A DNA stretch of 64,000 bases from Lentisphaeria bacterium (GTDB lineage: Bacteria > Verrucomicrobiota > Lentisphaeria > JABSQK01 > JAWLHB01), in assembly GCA_041690595.1 (NCBI GenBank), contig JAWLHB010000034.1, positions 1 through 64,000 on the forward strand, written 5' to 3'. Shown here piece after piece: positions 26,989 through 35,466 of the stretch (within the stretch, counting starts at the first letter, position 1; each line of letters starts with the position of its first letter). Both the position numbers and the translations under genes were made by a program. Under the pieces are notes generated by a model, which had not been told where the DNA came from, did not search any database, and saw only the letters and a program-made list of their open reading frames with translations.

Positions 26989-28334
26989 AGCGCCAACAGC
27001 TTTTGTTCGAGGTCGAGTGTGGCAGAGACCAACTCATCATGGATGGAGGCAAACGGCAGCTGGCCAAGCATCATCGGGACCATGTCCGCCGCGTAGCCGC
27101 CACGGGCAGCCACAGCCCGATCCGGCGCATAGCCGCTCAGATCGTTGGTCAGCCCCATTACCAGCGGCACCTTGCTCGTCGCCCCTGCCAGAATATCCCG
27201 CTTGATCGCCTGCATCACCTCAAATGGCGAGGCCAGCAGTGCCAGATCGCCGATACGAAAGGCCTGCAAAAGCGTCGTGGGTTCCAGATTCTCCCCGGCA
27301 TCCAGCCGCGCCAGCAGCCGCCGCAGGGCAACCAGATAGACCGTATGAATGCGCACCTCCCGCGAGCTGTCATCCGCATCGGCCGCATGCACAATGGTTT
27401 CCGATTCGGCCAGACGCGCCATCAGGTCGGCCCGCACCAGCGGACGGCGCGAGAAGGCCACTTCGCTGGTCAGGGCGGCAAGCGGCGTCTCCGTCAGTGG
27501 CTCTGCCGTGGCCAGCCCCCGGCGCACGGCCCGGGCGAAGCGCGCGGCAAGGATATCCAGGGCCAGCAGGGCCTCCTGTTCCGGCTTGTGAACCACACAG
27601 GAGTTCACATCCCCCTGAGCGCCCTGCAGAAAGATGGCCACGGTCCCCGGCTGCTCGCGCTCCAGCAGGTTCATCGCCACGCCGCAGTAATCGCCATGAA
27701 TGTAGCGCGTGGTGGCGCAGCAGACGACGGGATGGCAACTGAAATAGGTGAAGTGTCCCAGGCACGCGCCGGTATCGGCGTGATCGAAACGCACGACATG
27801 GCAGGTCGTATCCGTCAGCTCCGCCTTCTCGGGACGCCACGCTTCATCGAGCACCTTTTCCAGGGGCGGCGCATCCTCATCGTACTCCCGATTGAGTGCC
27901 ATCCCCTCGCACGGCGTCTCGGCATGCTTCAACACCGCCGGCTGCAAGGCCTCGTGCGCCGCGCGGGCCACCTGGCGCAGTTTTGCCGGCAGCGTCTCCA
28001 GGTAAGGCGTATCCGGTACACCCCAGCCGATCAGTTGATCTGTAGTTGCCGGGCCACTGTGTGTGTGCGTGCAACTGATCATGACGGCATCTTCGGCCAG
28101 CCCCAGAGCCACCGCGATCTCCGCCCGCACCGCGTCCGTCATCGACCGGGGTAGCCCGACCAGATCGCAGCTGATCAGCAGCAGCTCTGTCTCGCCCGAG
28201 CGCATGGCAAGCGCGCGTGCCTGGAGGGGATCCCGCACGCCGATCGAGTGACGATTGATGTAGGCGCCGAACCCGCACAATTCCACGCCCACGCGTGGGG
28301 TGATCGCCTGTCGTGCAAAACCCACTTCCAGCAT
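26985..28334 (-). CDS. Neutral/alkaline ceramidase-like Zn amidohydrolase
   Basis: VGFARQAITP, DPLQARAL, CTHTHSGP, CHP and LQGAQGD; start chosen at MLEV with an AGGAG RBS. Confidence 0.75.
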   Translation of the reverse strand: MLEVGFARQAITPRVGVELCGFGAYINRHSIGVRDPLQARALAMRSGETELLLISCDLVGLPRSMTDAVRAEIAVALGLAEDAVMISCTHTHSGPATTDQLIGWGVPDTPYLETLPAKLRQVARAAHEALQPAVLKHAETPCEGMALNREYDEDAPPLEKVLDEAWRPEKAELTDTTCHVVRFDHADTGACLGHFTYFSCHPVVCCATTRYIHGDYCGVAMNLLEREQPGTVAIFLQGAQGDVNSCVVHKPEQEALLALDILAARFARAVRRGLATAEPLTETPLAALTSEVAFSRRPLVRADLMARLAESETIVHAADADDSSREVRIHTVYLVALRRLLARLDAGENLEPTTLLQAFRIGDLALLASPFEVMQAIKRDILAGATSKVPLVMGLTNDLSGYAPDRAVAARGGYAADMVPMMLGQLPFASIHDELVSATLDLEQKLLAL

Positions 28335-28490
28335 TGTCGGCTCTCCTGCCTGTGATGCTCGTTTGCTTTGATGACCGTCGCTCAATATACCGGCTCGCCT
28401 GAACATCGCCACCGTCATTCTTCCCGTCCTGCCGATTCTTCCCTTTTCATTTGCTCAGAACAAGCGGTGACGCCTTCTTGGCGTTTTCTA

Positions 28491-28534
28491 TACAAACTTG
28501 TAAGCAGGAAATTAAGATTTTACAAAAATGTAAG
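28491..28534. promoter_or_regulatory. Tandem palindromic operator-like boxes in an AT-rich divergent intergenic region
   Basis: TACAAACTTGTAAG (28491-28504) and TACAAAAATGTAAG (28521-28534), 30-bp period. Confidence 0.55.
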
Positions 28535-28844
28535 GTGGATCTACTTCCTGAGTCAAAAAAAAAGGGCGATTTGGCCACTATCTTTATTTTCGACTTGTTT
28601 GTTTTGTTTTATCGACATAAAGTTTTCGCTAAGCATGAGCCCTTACTCGGGGCCTGCTCAACATGGATCCCGAACCGATAAGTCATTCCAACTCTCGTTT
28701 CAGCAAGGGAAAAATAACCATAACAGAAGGAGGTCTGCAGGAATAGAGTCAACCAATCTTGCCTTGTGTTTAACCCTAAGTTCTGCAAGTTGCCCCATCA
28801 TGGGGTTCTGAGACCAAGTCAAACCTAAAAGGGATAGTCATTTA

Positions 28845-29600
28845 ATGAGTAACATCATCCGCACAATATTCGCTCTCATGATTGTTGGATTCGTCGCCAC
28901 CGCGCAGGAAGAAGACTACGCCGTAGCGATGGACTTCCAACTCGACAACGCCAGCCAGTACGTGTGGCGCGGTATCGTCATCAACGACGAGCAGGTCATG
29001 CAGCCCAGCGTCACCGCCTCCGTTGGCGGCTTCAGCCTCAATGTCTGGGGTAACTTCGACATGACCGACACCGGCCTTGCCGGCAATGACGAGTTCTCCG
29101 AAGTTGACTACACCCTCGCCTACAACGGCGAAGTTGATGCCTTCAACTTCGGCATCGGCGCGGTCTACTACGACTACATCGGCGGAAATCCCCGTGAAGA
29201 GACCGCGGAAGTCTTCGGCAGCATCGGCTTTGATGTCATGCTGAACCCGACTCTCACTGTCTATTATGACTTTGATGAAGCGGACGGCTTCTACGGCACC
29301 CTCGGCGTTGGTCATTCCATTCCCTTGAATGATGAAGAGACCTTCACCTTCGACCTGGCCGCCAAGGTCGCTTACGCCGATGGCGATTACAACGAGTACT
29401 ACTATGGCGTCGATGATCACGGCTTCGTAGACGTTGTTGGTTCCGTTGGCCTGGCGTACGCCATCACCGAGAACATCGGTGTCGGCATCTCCGTCAGCTA
29501 CAGCGAGCTGCTCGACAACGACATCGAAGACAACGCTGACTTCGCCTACGGCGACAGCGATGCCTTCTGGACCACCTGGTCCGTGAGCGTTGGCTTCTAA
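28845..29600 (+). CDS. Outer-membrane beta-barrel protein (TorF/TIGR02001-like)
   Basis: Signal peptide; SQYVWRG, QPS, EVDYTLAY; amphipathic strands and C-terminal Phe. Confidence 0.8.
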   Translation: MSNIIRTIFALMIVGFVATAQEEDYAVAMDFQLDNASQYVWRGIVINDEQVMQPSVTASVGGFSLNVWGNFDMTDTGLAGNDEFSEVDYTLAYNGEVDAFNFGIGAVYYDYIGGNPREETAEVFGSIGFDVMLNPTLTVYYDFDEADGFYGTLGVGHSIPLNDEETFTFDLAAKVAYADGDYNEYYYGVDDHGFVDVVGSVGLAYAITENIGVGISVSYSELLDNDIEDNADFAYGDSDAFWTTWSVSVGF

Positions 29601-29625
29601 GTAAAAGTCTTCTCGAAGACTCTTC

Positions 29626-29666
29626 GGCCGGTGGCTGTCGCGAAAGCGATGGCCACCGGCCTTTTT
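29626..29666 (+). terminator. Intrinsic terminator
   Basis: 16-bp stem GGCCGGTGGCTGTCGC-GAAA-GCGATGGCCACCGGCC followed by TTTTT. Confidence 0.9.
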
Positions 29667-29725
29667 CTTGTCCAGAAAAGGCCGCACCCACGCGAACGGG
29701 ACGGATCATGCAGCGCGGGGGACGA

Positions 29726-32485
29726 TCAGCGAGGCTGCATGTCGCGCATCAGGACGCCTGCACCCGCAATCGGTTTGCAGACCAGAATGGCGGGTGGTCG
29801 CCCCAGCGGCTCATAATAATGCTGGTTGAGTGCGGCGAAAAGCGCATCGACCGCTTCCCGATGCGCCAGCACCATCATGCAGCCCCCGAGCCCCGCGCCG
29901 GCCAATTGTGCTCCCACGACCCCTTCGGTGCGCATGGAGATATCCACCATACGGTCGATAGGTGGCAACGAGCAGTGATACGAGCCCGGCTGCCACTGCA
30001 GCTGCGCACGTACCACCCGATCCGGATCTCCGCTCTCCAGATCATCCATCAGCGCCAGCAGATGGCCGTTCGACGTCGGCGCCAGGTAGGGGCGCTCCGT
30101 GAAGTCGTCGGTATGGCTTACAACACGATCGCCGTTGTGGGAGATCGCCATCAATCGACCGATTTCGACGATTCGTTGCGCCTTCAGGTAATCGGCGTAC
30201 AGGCGTGCGCGCTCGCATTCCGCCAAGCCGAAGAGCACGACCCCTCGCACCGGATAGAGCCCATCCGGTGGCGCTTTGTGCGTGGCGAAATAGCCCTGCA
30301 GATCCACCTCCGGCAGCAACTCTTCCAATTCCTGGCGGGTCGCCTGCTCGGGCAGGTGCAGCAGGATCCGGTAGATCCAGCTCAACGGCACTCTCAGGTT
30401 ACGCACGTTGACATCGCGCAGATAGCTTATCTGTGGCGCGAATTGCGGGAACGACTTGCGGATCAGCTGGAAACCAATCCGGTAGCAGCTGATACGGTGA
30501 TTGAAGAGGTCTTTGGCGTTGGCGCTCTTCTGCGCACGGATGCCCGAGTCGCAAACCACCATTCGGTAATCCTCGGGGAAGTCGACGCTCTCCTCCACGG
30601 CAAAATCGAAGAAGGAAACCTTGATCACCTTTCCCTTCTGGCCCAGTTTCACCGCCGCGTGATCCGCTGCTCCACCGCGTGTCCCGACGAACCATTCTCC
30701 TTCGCCGCAAAGATCGACCACCTGTGATGGAAAGGTCAGCAGGTCGTTCACCGCGATAGTCGCATCCGCTGCTCCCACCACCAGGCTCGACGAGGAGCTG
30801 AGCCCTGCCGCCATCGGCACGTTACCCGCTACCAGCACGTCCATGCCGCGCAGCTTCTGCTGGTTGAACTTCTTCTGCAGGCGCAGCACCGAGGCCGTGA
30901 TATACTGCGACCAGTCGCCACCATAGGTATGCAGTAGCTTGCTCAGCGTTTCGCTGTTGACCAGCGACAGCCAGTCTTCCCACGGCAGATCCTGCACCAA
31001 CTCGCCAATCGAGAAATGACGGTGACCAAAGCGCTCTTCATCGATGTGGTGAAGGTGGATCCGATCGTCTGTCCGGGCGTGGACCACCATCAGTGTCTCG
31101 TAGCCGATCGTCATCAGGTTGCAGTTCCCCCCCTGATGGTCGATATGCCGGCTCAGCACGTTGATGCGGCCGGGTGACCGGACCAACAGCACGCGATTGC
31201 TCGGATCCTGTCGCGCCGCCGCGGCCTGGAGGATGTCGCTGAAGGCCGCCAGCCGCTCTTCAAGTACATCCGATGCTGCACCATAGACCGCGGTCAATTC
31301 ATCCCAGATATCGGGTGCACCGCGTCGTCCCACCTTTGCCATGGCGGCGAAAGCCGCCTGCCATTCCGCCAAGGGCCGGTACCATGGAGAAGCAGACAGG
31401 TCCTCATCCGGCGTGCGGCTCGCCGAGCGGGCGCTAAGATAATTCTCCACCTCCAGAAGCTCCGCCGGATCGTTGAAGCCGAGCAGGTACCGGGGATTCT
31501 CCACCCGCATGGCGCTGCACTGAAACTTCAGCTTGCCGTGGGCATCGCGCGCCTGCGACAGGATAGTGACGATATCGGAAAGGTATTCCTCGGCCTGCGC
31601 ATTGTCGCGGCCCAGATTCGCCAAGGCGTGGCGCAGTGCACCTGCCTTGATCACGTAGACCGAATTGTTCAGCAGCGGCGCCGCATCCACCTCGGCCGGA
31701 CTCAGCACCAGATCACTGCCGTCGGCCTGGCGGAATCGGAAATGCGTCATCTTCTCTGGCACGAGCCGCTGCAACGCTTCCAGGGGCAACTCGCCTTCCC
31801 GGTCGGCCAGAAGGCGCCATAGATCGCCGAAGGCTGTGGCAAACTTGCTGTCGTCAACCTGTTTGCGTCCCCCGCGGGTAAAGTGCTCGCGCAGCACCTC
31901 CAGCACCCTCTCGCGGTTCGCCGTCCCATTGCCGTTGAGCGTTCCCAAGAGTTCGGCGAGAGCGGCATAGGCGGCACGCTGTCGGATATCGGCATCTTCC
32001 ACGATGGCCAGCAGGGCGCCGTCCGTACCCATGATGATGCGGCCCTGGGTCGAGCCATCCCGCCGGGGCGTCACCGGCAGTGCCAGATCGCAGTCGCGGC
32101 TGTAGAAGAGGTCAAAAAGCTGTTCGAGGACCGACCGTTCGATGATGCGATCGCCCGCGACCACCAGCACGTCTTCGTTGTCACCCACCGTCTCCAGCGC
32201 CTGCATGGCGGTCCGGGTGGCATGCGCGGTCCCTTGTTGCCGTGCCTGGTAAACGTAGCTGACATTGCTGAAGGCGGCTCCCACCGTCTCCACCACCTGA
32301 CCGGCCATCGCTCCCACCACGATCACGTGATGGCGAATGCCGCAGTCATTGTAGATCTGCAGCGCATGATGAATGGCCGGCACCCCATTGAGGGGAAAAC
32401 AGACCTTGTGCATGGTCATCGACCGCATGCGGGTCCCTTTTCCGGCCGCGAGAATGATGCTGAAGGTCGGGGCGCGTGTCGGCAT
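29726..32485 (-). CDS. Bifunctional sugar-1-phosphate nucleotidyltransferase (GlmU-N-like) / GHMP sugar kinase
   Basis: N-half ILAAGKGTRM..K, QQGTAHA, NAQAEEYLSD; C-half PGRINVLSRHIDHQGG, PMAAGLSSSS and GAGLGGC. Confidence 0.85.
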   Translation of the reverse strand: MPTRAPTFSIILAAGKGTRMRSMTMHKVCFPLNGVPAIHHALQIYNDCGIRHHVIVVGAMAGQVVETVGAAFSNVSYVYQARQQGTAHATRTAMQALETVGDNEDVLVVAGDRIIERSVLEQLFDLFYSRDCDLALPVTPRRDGSTQGRIIMGTDGALLAIVEDADIRQRAAYAALAELLGTLNGNGTANRERVLEVLREHFTRGGRKQVDDSKFATAFGDLWRLLADREGELPLEALQRLVPEKMTHFRFRQADGSDLVLSPAEVDAAPLLNNSVYVIKAGALRHALANLGRDNAQAEEYLSDIVTILSQARDAHGKLKFQCSAMRVENPRYLLGFNDPAELLEVENYLSARSASRTPDEDLSASPWYRPLAEWQAAFAAMAKVGRRGAPDIWDELTAVYGAASDVLEERLAAFSDILQAAAARQDPSNRVLLVRSPGRINVLSRHIDHQGGNCNLMTIGYETLMVVHARTDDRIHLHHIDEERFGHRHFSIGELVQDLPWEDWLSLVNSETLSKLLHTYGGDWSQYITASVLRLQKKFNQQKLRGMDVLVAGNVPMAAGLSSSSSLVVGAADATIAVNDLLTFPSQVVDLCGEGEWFVGTRGGAADHAAVKLGQKGKVIKVSFFDFAVEESVDFPEDYRMVVCDSGIRAQKSANAKDLFNHRISCYRIGFQLIRKSFPQFAPQISYLRDVNVRNLRVPLSWIYRILLHLPEQATRQELEELLPEVDLQGYFATHKAPPDGLYPVRGVVLFGLAECERARLYADYLKAQRIVEIGRLMAISHNGDRVVSHTDDFTERPYLAPTSNGHLLALMDDLESGDPDRVVRAQLQWQPGSYHCSLPPIDRMVDISMRTEGVVGAQLAGAGLGGCMMVLAHREAVDALFAALNQHYYEPLGRPPAILVCKPIAGAGVLMRDMQPR

Positions 32486-32533
32486 AAATCTCCTTTCGTG
32501 GATTCGCTGCCGCGACCGGAGAGGCCGCGTCGT

Positions 32534-33223
32534 TCACTGCTGCGTTACTATAGCCTCAATGCCCTTGCGAAAGGCCGTGGCGCCGCCATTCGCCGGGTGC
32601 CGCACCTCGTGATACTCGTCCACGATCCGGCTCAATTGCAGCGCGGCGACCTTGCCGACCGCGATCAACGTGCAGCCCTCGAATACCTGGAGAAACGTCA
32701 CCAGCGCGCCAAAACCGAAGGCCAACTCCGCATCCGTCGGCCGACGATTGCTCAGGTAGCCTTTCTGAGGCTGGTAGGGGTGCCACGCAAAGGTATTCCA
32801 GATGACGAAATGACGAGGGTCAATACCCAACTGCAGCATGTTGCCCCAGGCAATCGTGGCTGTCGGCTCCGTGAAGCCGTCAGCGCGAAATTCCGGGCGG
32901 CTGGTGCGCTCCGGCGCCACGCCGGTGAAAACGTCCTCGGGGGAGATCCCCTTGCAGCGCAGATGGCCGAGCAGCATGCGCTCCGAGGTCATCGCCATGC
33001 CGCTGAAGTGCCCACCCTGATAGCCCAGCGCCTCGCCGAGCAACACGTAGCGCGCAGTGCGCCGGCGCTCGTTCAGGTAGTGCCGCAGCTGGCGCCGGCG
33101 TATCTCGGGTGCCCGCTCGTGCAGGTCATGGACTTCATCAACCTGAAACCAGGGATTGAAGACGCCGGGGGTGTCGGGCGCGCGTTCGAGCAGCGCGAAT
33201 AGATTGGCGATGGTCTGTTGCAT
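32534..33223 (-). CDS. Uracil-DNA glycosylase superfamily protein (SMUG-like)
   Basis: GEALGYQGGHFSG..TSE, EPTAT, WNxFxWHP, NRRP and HPANGG; start chosen at MQQT. Confidence 0.8.
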   Translation of the reverse strand: MQQTIANLFALLERAPDTPGVFNPWFQVDEVHDLHERAPEIRRRQLRHYLNERRRTARYVLLGEALGYQGGHFSGMAMTSERMLLGHLRCKGISPEDVFTGVAPERTSRPEFRADGFTEPTATIAWGNMLQLGIDPRHFVIWNTFAWHPYQPQKGYLSNRRPTDAELAFGFGALVTFLQVFEGCTLIAVGKVAALQLSRIVDEYHEVRHPANGGATAFRKGIEAIVTQQ

Positions 33224-33374
33224 GCCGCTAACCATACACGCCGCAGCCGCTCTGGCAAGAGCGCCATAGACTCGCACCACGCACTTTCCCGCTCTTCTGC
33301 TTGACTTGCCTGCGCAACACGTGCTAATTATCCACTCAACACCCAATCGCCAATCTCCAGATTCAGAGACTCTC

Positions 33375-34574
33375 ATGAGCCAGCCGATGAGCTATCGCCG
33401 CTTTGGCCGCACCGGCCTTCAGATGCCTGTCCTCACCTGCGGCGGCATGCGTTACCAACACGCCTGGAAGGATACCCCGGATGCGGAAATCCCGCACGAC
33501 AATCAGGCCAACCTGGAAGCCACCATTCTCAAGGCAATCGACAACGGTATCAACCACATCGAGACAGCCCGGGGCTACGGCAGCAGCGAGTATCAGCTCG
33601 GCAAGATCCTGCCCAACCTCGATCGCGACAGCCTCATCGTGCAGACCAAGGTGCCGCCAAAAGAAACCGGCGCCGCCTTTCGCGAGACCTTTGACTTTTC
33701 CATGCAGAACCTCCGCCTCGATCATGTCGAGCTGCTCGGCATTCATGGTGTCAACAACGACGAGTGCCTCGATCTGGCTCTTGCCAAGGGGGGATCGCTC
33801 GATGCTGCCCGTCAGCTTCAGCGCGAAGGGCGCGTTCGTCACATCGGCTTCTCCACCCATGGGCCGCTCAAGACGATTCTGCGGGCCATCGAGACGGGGG
33901 AGTTCGACTACGTCAACCTTCACTGGTACTATGTCGAGCAGACCAACTGGGCGGCCATCGAGGCTGCCACCCGCCACGATATGGGCGTCTTCATCATCAG
34001 CCCGAATGACAAGGGTGGAAAGCTTTACGAGCCACCCGCGACGCTGGTTGACCTCTGCCGGCCTCTCACCCCCATGGGCTTCAACGACCTCTTCTGCCTC
34101 TCGCATCCACAGGTGCATACCCTGAGCATCGGCGCCGCCAAGCCCCAGGATTTCGATGCACACCTCGAGATCCTCCCTCTGGTCTCCCGCGCCCGCGACG
34201 TCATCGATCCTATTCTTCGGCGGCTCGACCGCGCCTTCGTCGATACCTGGGGACGCTTCATGGTCGACAACTGGTGGAAGGGACTGCCGCAGTGGGATGC
34301 CGCTCCCGGCGGCGTCAACATCTATCAGATTCTTCGACTGCTCCTGCATGCCCGCGCCCTCGACATGGTCGAGTACGGCAAGATGCGCTACAACCTGCTG
34401 GGCAGCGGAGGCCACTGGTTTCCCGGCAACAAGATCGACCAGATGGACTGGCAGCAGCTTCAGCGTAGCGTCGCCGCGTCTCCCATTGCCGATCTGATTC
34501 CGAGTCTGTTGCGAGAAGCGGAAGAGCTGCTTGGCGGCGAAGAAGTCAAGCGTCTGAGCCAATCCGCCAACTGA
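33375..34574 (+). CDS. Aldo/keto reductase family protein
   Basis: YRRFGRTGL, ETARGYG, QTK, GFSTHG and SPNDKGG. Confidence 0.88.
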   Translation: MSQPMSYRRFGRTGLQMPVLTCGGMRYQHAWKDTPDAEIPHDNQANLEATILKAIDNGINHIETARGYGSSEYQLGKILPNLDRDSLIVQTKVPPKETGAAFRETFDFSMQNLRLDHVELLGIHGVNNDECLDLALAKGGSLDAARQLQREGRVRHIGFSTHGPLKTILRAIETGEFDYVNLHWYYVEQTNWAAIEAATRHDMGVFIISPNDKGGKLYEPPATLVDLCRPLTPMGFNDLFCLSHPQVHTLSIGAAKPQDFDAHLEILPLVSRARDVIDPILRRLDRAFVDTWGRFMVDNWWKGLPQWDAAPGGVNIYQILRLLLHARALDMVEYGKMRYNLLGSGGHWFPGNKIDQMDWQQLQRSVAASPIADLIPSLLREAEELLGGEEVKRLSQSAN

Positions 34575-34582
34575 GAGTGCCC

Positions 34583-35353
34583 ATGCTTCCGCGCGCCAGC
34601 GAAAAGCTTCTCCGCCAGCTCAACTCCCGTCACGGGCGCCGGAAGTGCGATGTCTTCCTGGCCGAAGGTGTGCGCTGTTGCGCCGAAGCCGTTCGCCACC
34701 GTCCCGCGGATGTGCGGTTCGCTCTGGTTGCCGAATCCACCGGCTGCGAGATTCTTGGAGCAGCGCCGGGATTTCCCGTCTACCAAGTCAGCGACACGAT
34801 CTTCGCGGAGTACGCGCAGACGGAGAATCCGCAGGGCATCCTCCTGGTCATGGCGCTGCCGCCGATGCTTCCCCTGCCGGGTTGTCCGGATCCCTTCGTG
34901 CTTGTCCTCGATCGTGTGCAGACCCCGGGCAATCTCGGCTCGATCCTTCGCTCTGCAGTCGCCGTGGGGCTGCGTCAGATTGCCTTCACCCACGGCTGCG
35001 TGGATCCCTTCAACCCCAAGTGCATCCGGGCTGGGATGGGGGCGCAGTTTCTCCTCGATTTTGCCGCCTTTCCCGATCTTGCCCTCCTCCGCGAGCACTA
35101 TGCCAACCTGGGCTTCCAGCGGCTGTGGATCACCGATGTCGCCGCCGGAGTCAGCTGCTTCGATGCCGACTTCGATCTTCGCGGCTCGCTTCTGGTCATG
35201 GGCAATGAAGCGCACGGCGCCGAGTCGCTCCCGGGCGCCTCATTCGTCAACATTCCCATGTCGGCCCGGATGGAGTCGCTCAACGTCGCTCAGGCCGCCA
35301 CCATCCTTATCTATCAGTACGCCGCGCGGCATGGTATCATCGCTGCCTCCTGA
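34583..35353 (+). CDS. TrmH/SpoU family RNA 2'-O-methyltransferase
   Basis: PGNLGSILRS, GNEAHG and ESLNVAQA; alternative GTG start at 34577. Confidence 0.9.
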   Translation: MLPRASEKLLRQLNSRHGRRKCDVFLAEGVRCCAEAVRHRPADVRFALVAESTGCEILGAAPGFPVYQVSDTIFAEYAQTENPQGILLVMALPPMLPLPGCPDPFVLVLDRVQTPGNLGSILRSAVAVGLRQIAFTHGCVDPFNPKCIRAGMGAQFLLDFAAFPDLALLREHYANLGFQRLWITDVAAGVSCFDADFDLRGSLLVMGNEAHGAESLPGASFVNIPMSARMESLNVAQAATILIYQYAARHGIIAAS

Positions 35354-35466
35354 ACCGGCTCCTGTAGATAACTTTTTGCACCTGCCCTTGCAGTTCTCTG
35401 TACCGGCTGCTACAACTTATATAGATAACCGTAAGCTCAACCCCACCATCCACGGGATCCGATCTC

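Noticed and set aside
28395..28800. Sigma-54 promoter associated with the twin boxes
   Set aside because: No TGGCAC-N5-TTGC on the plus strand; the only GG-N10-GC candidate I noticed (minus strand, about 28397-28411) has a poor -12.
28620..28844. Riboswitch upstream of the porin-like gene
   Set aside because: Small stems are present, but I could not match any known riboswitch consensus; an Rfam scan is needed.
33328..35430. oriC based on DnaA-box-like words (TTATCCACT at 33328; TGTAGATAA at 35363; TATAGATAA at 35420)
   Set aside because: Isolated and mismatched, with no cluster or dnaA/dnaN; no convincing dif site was found either.
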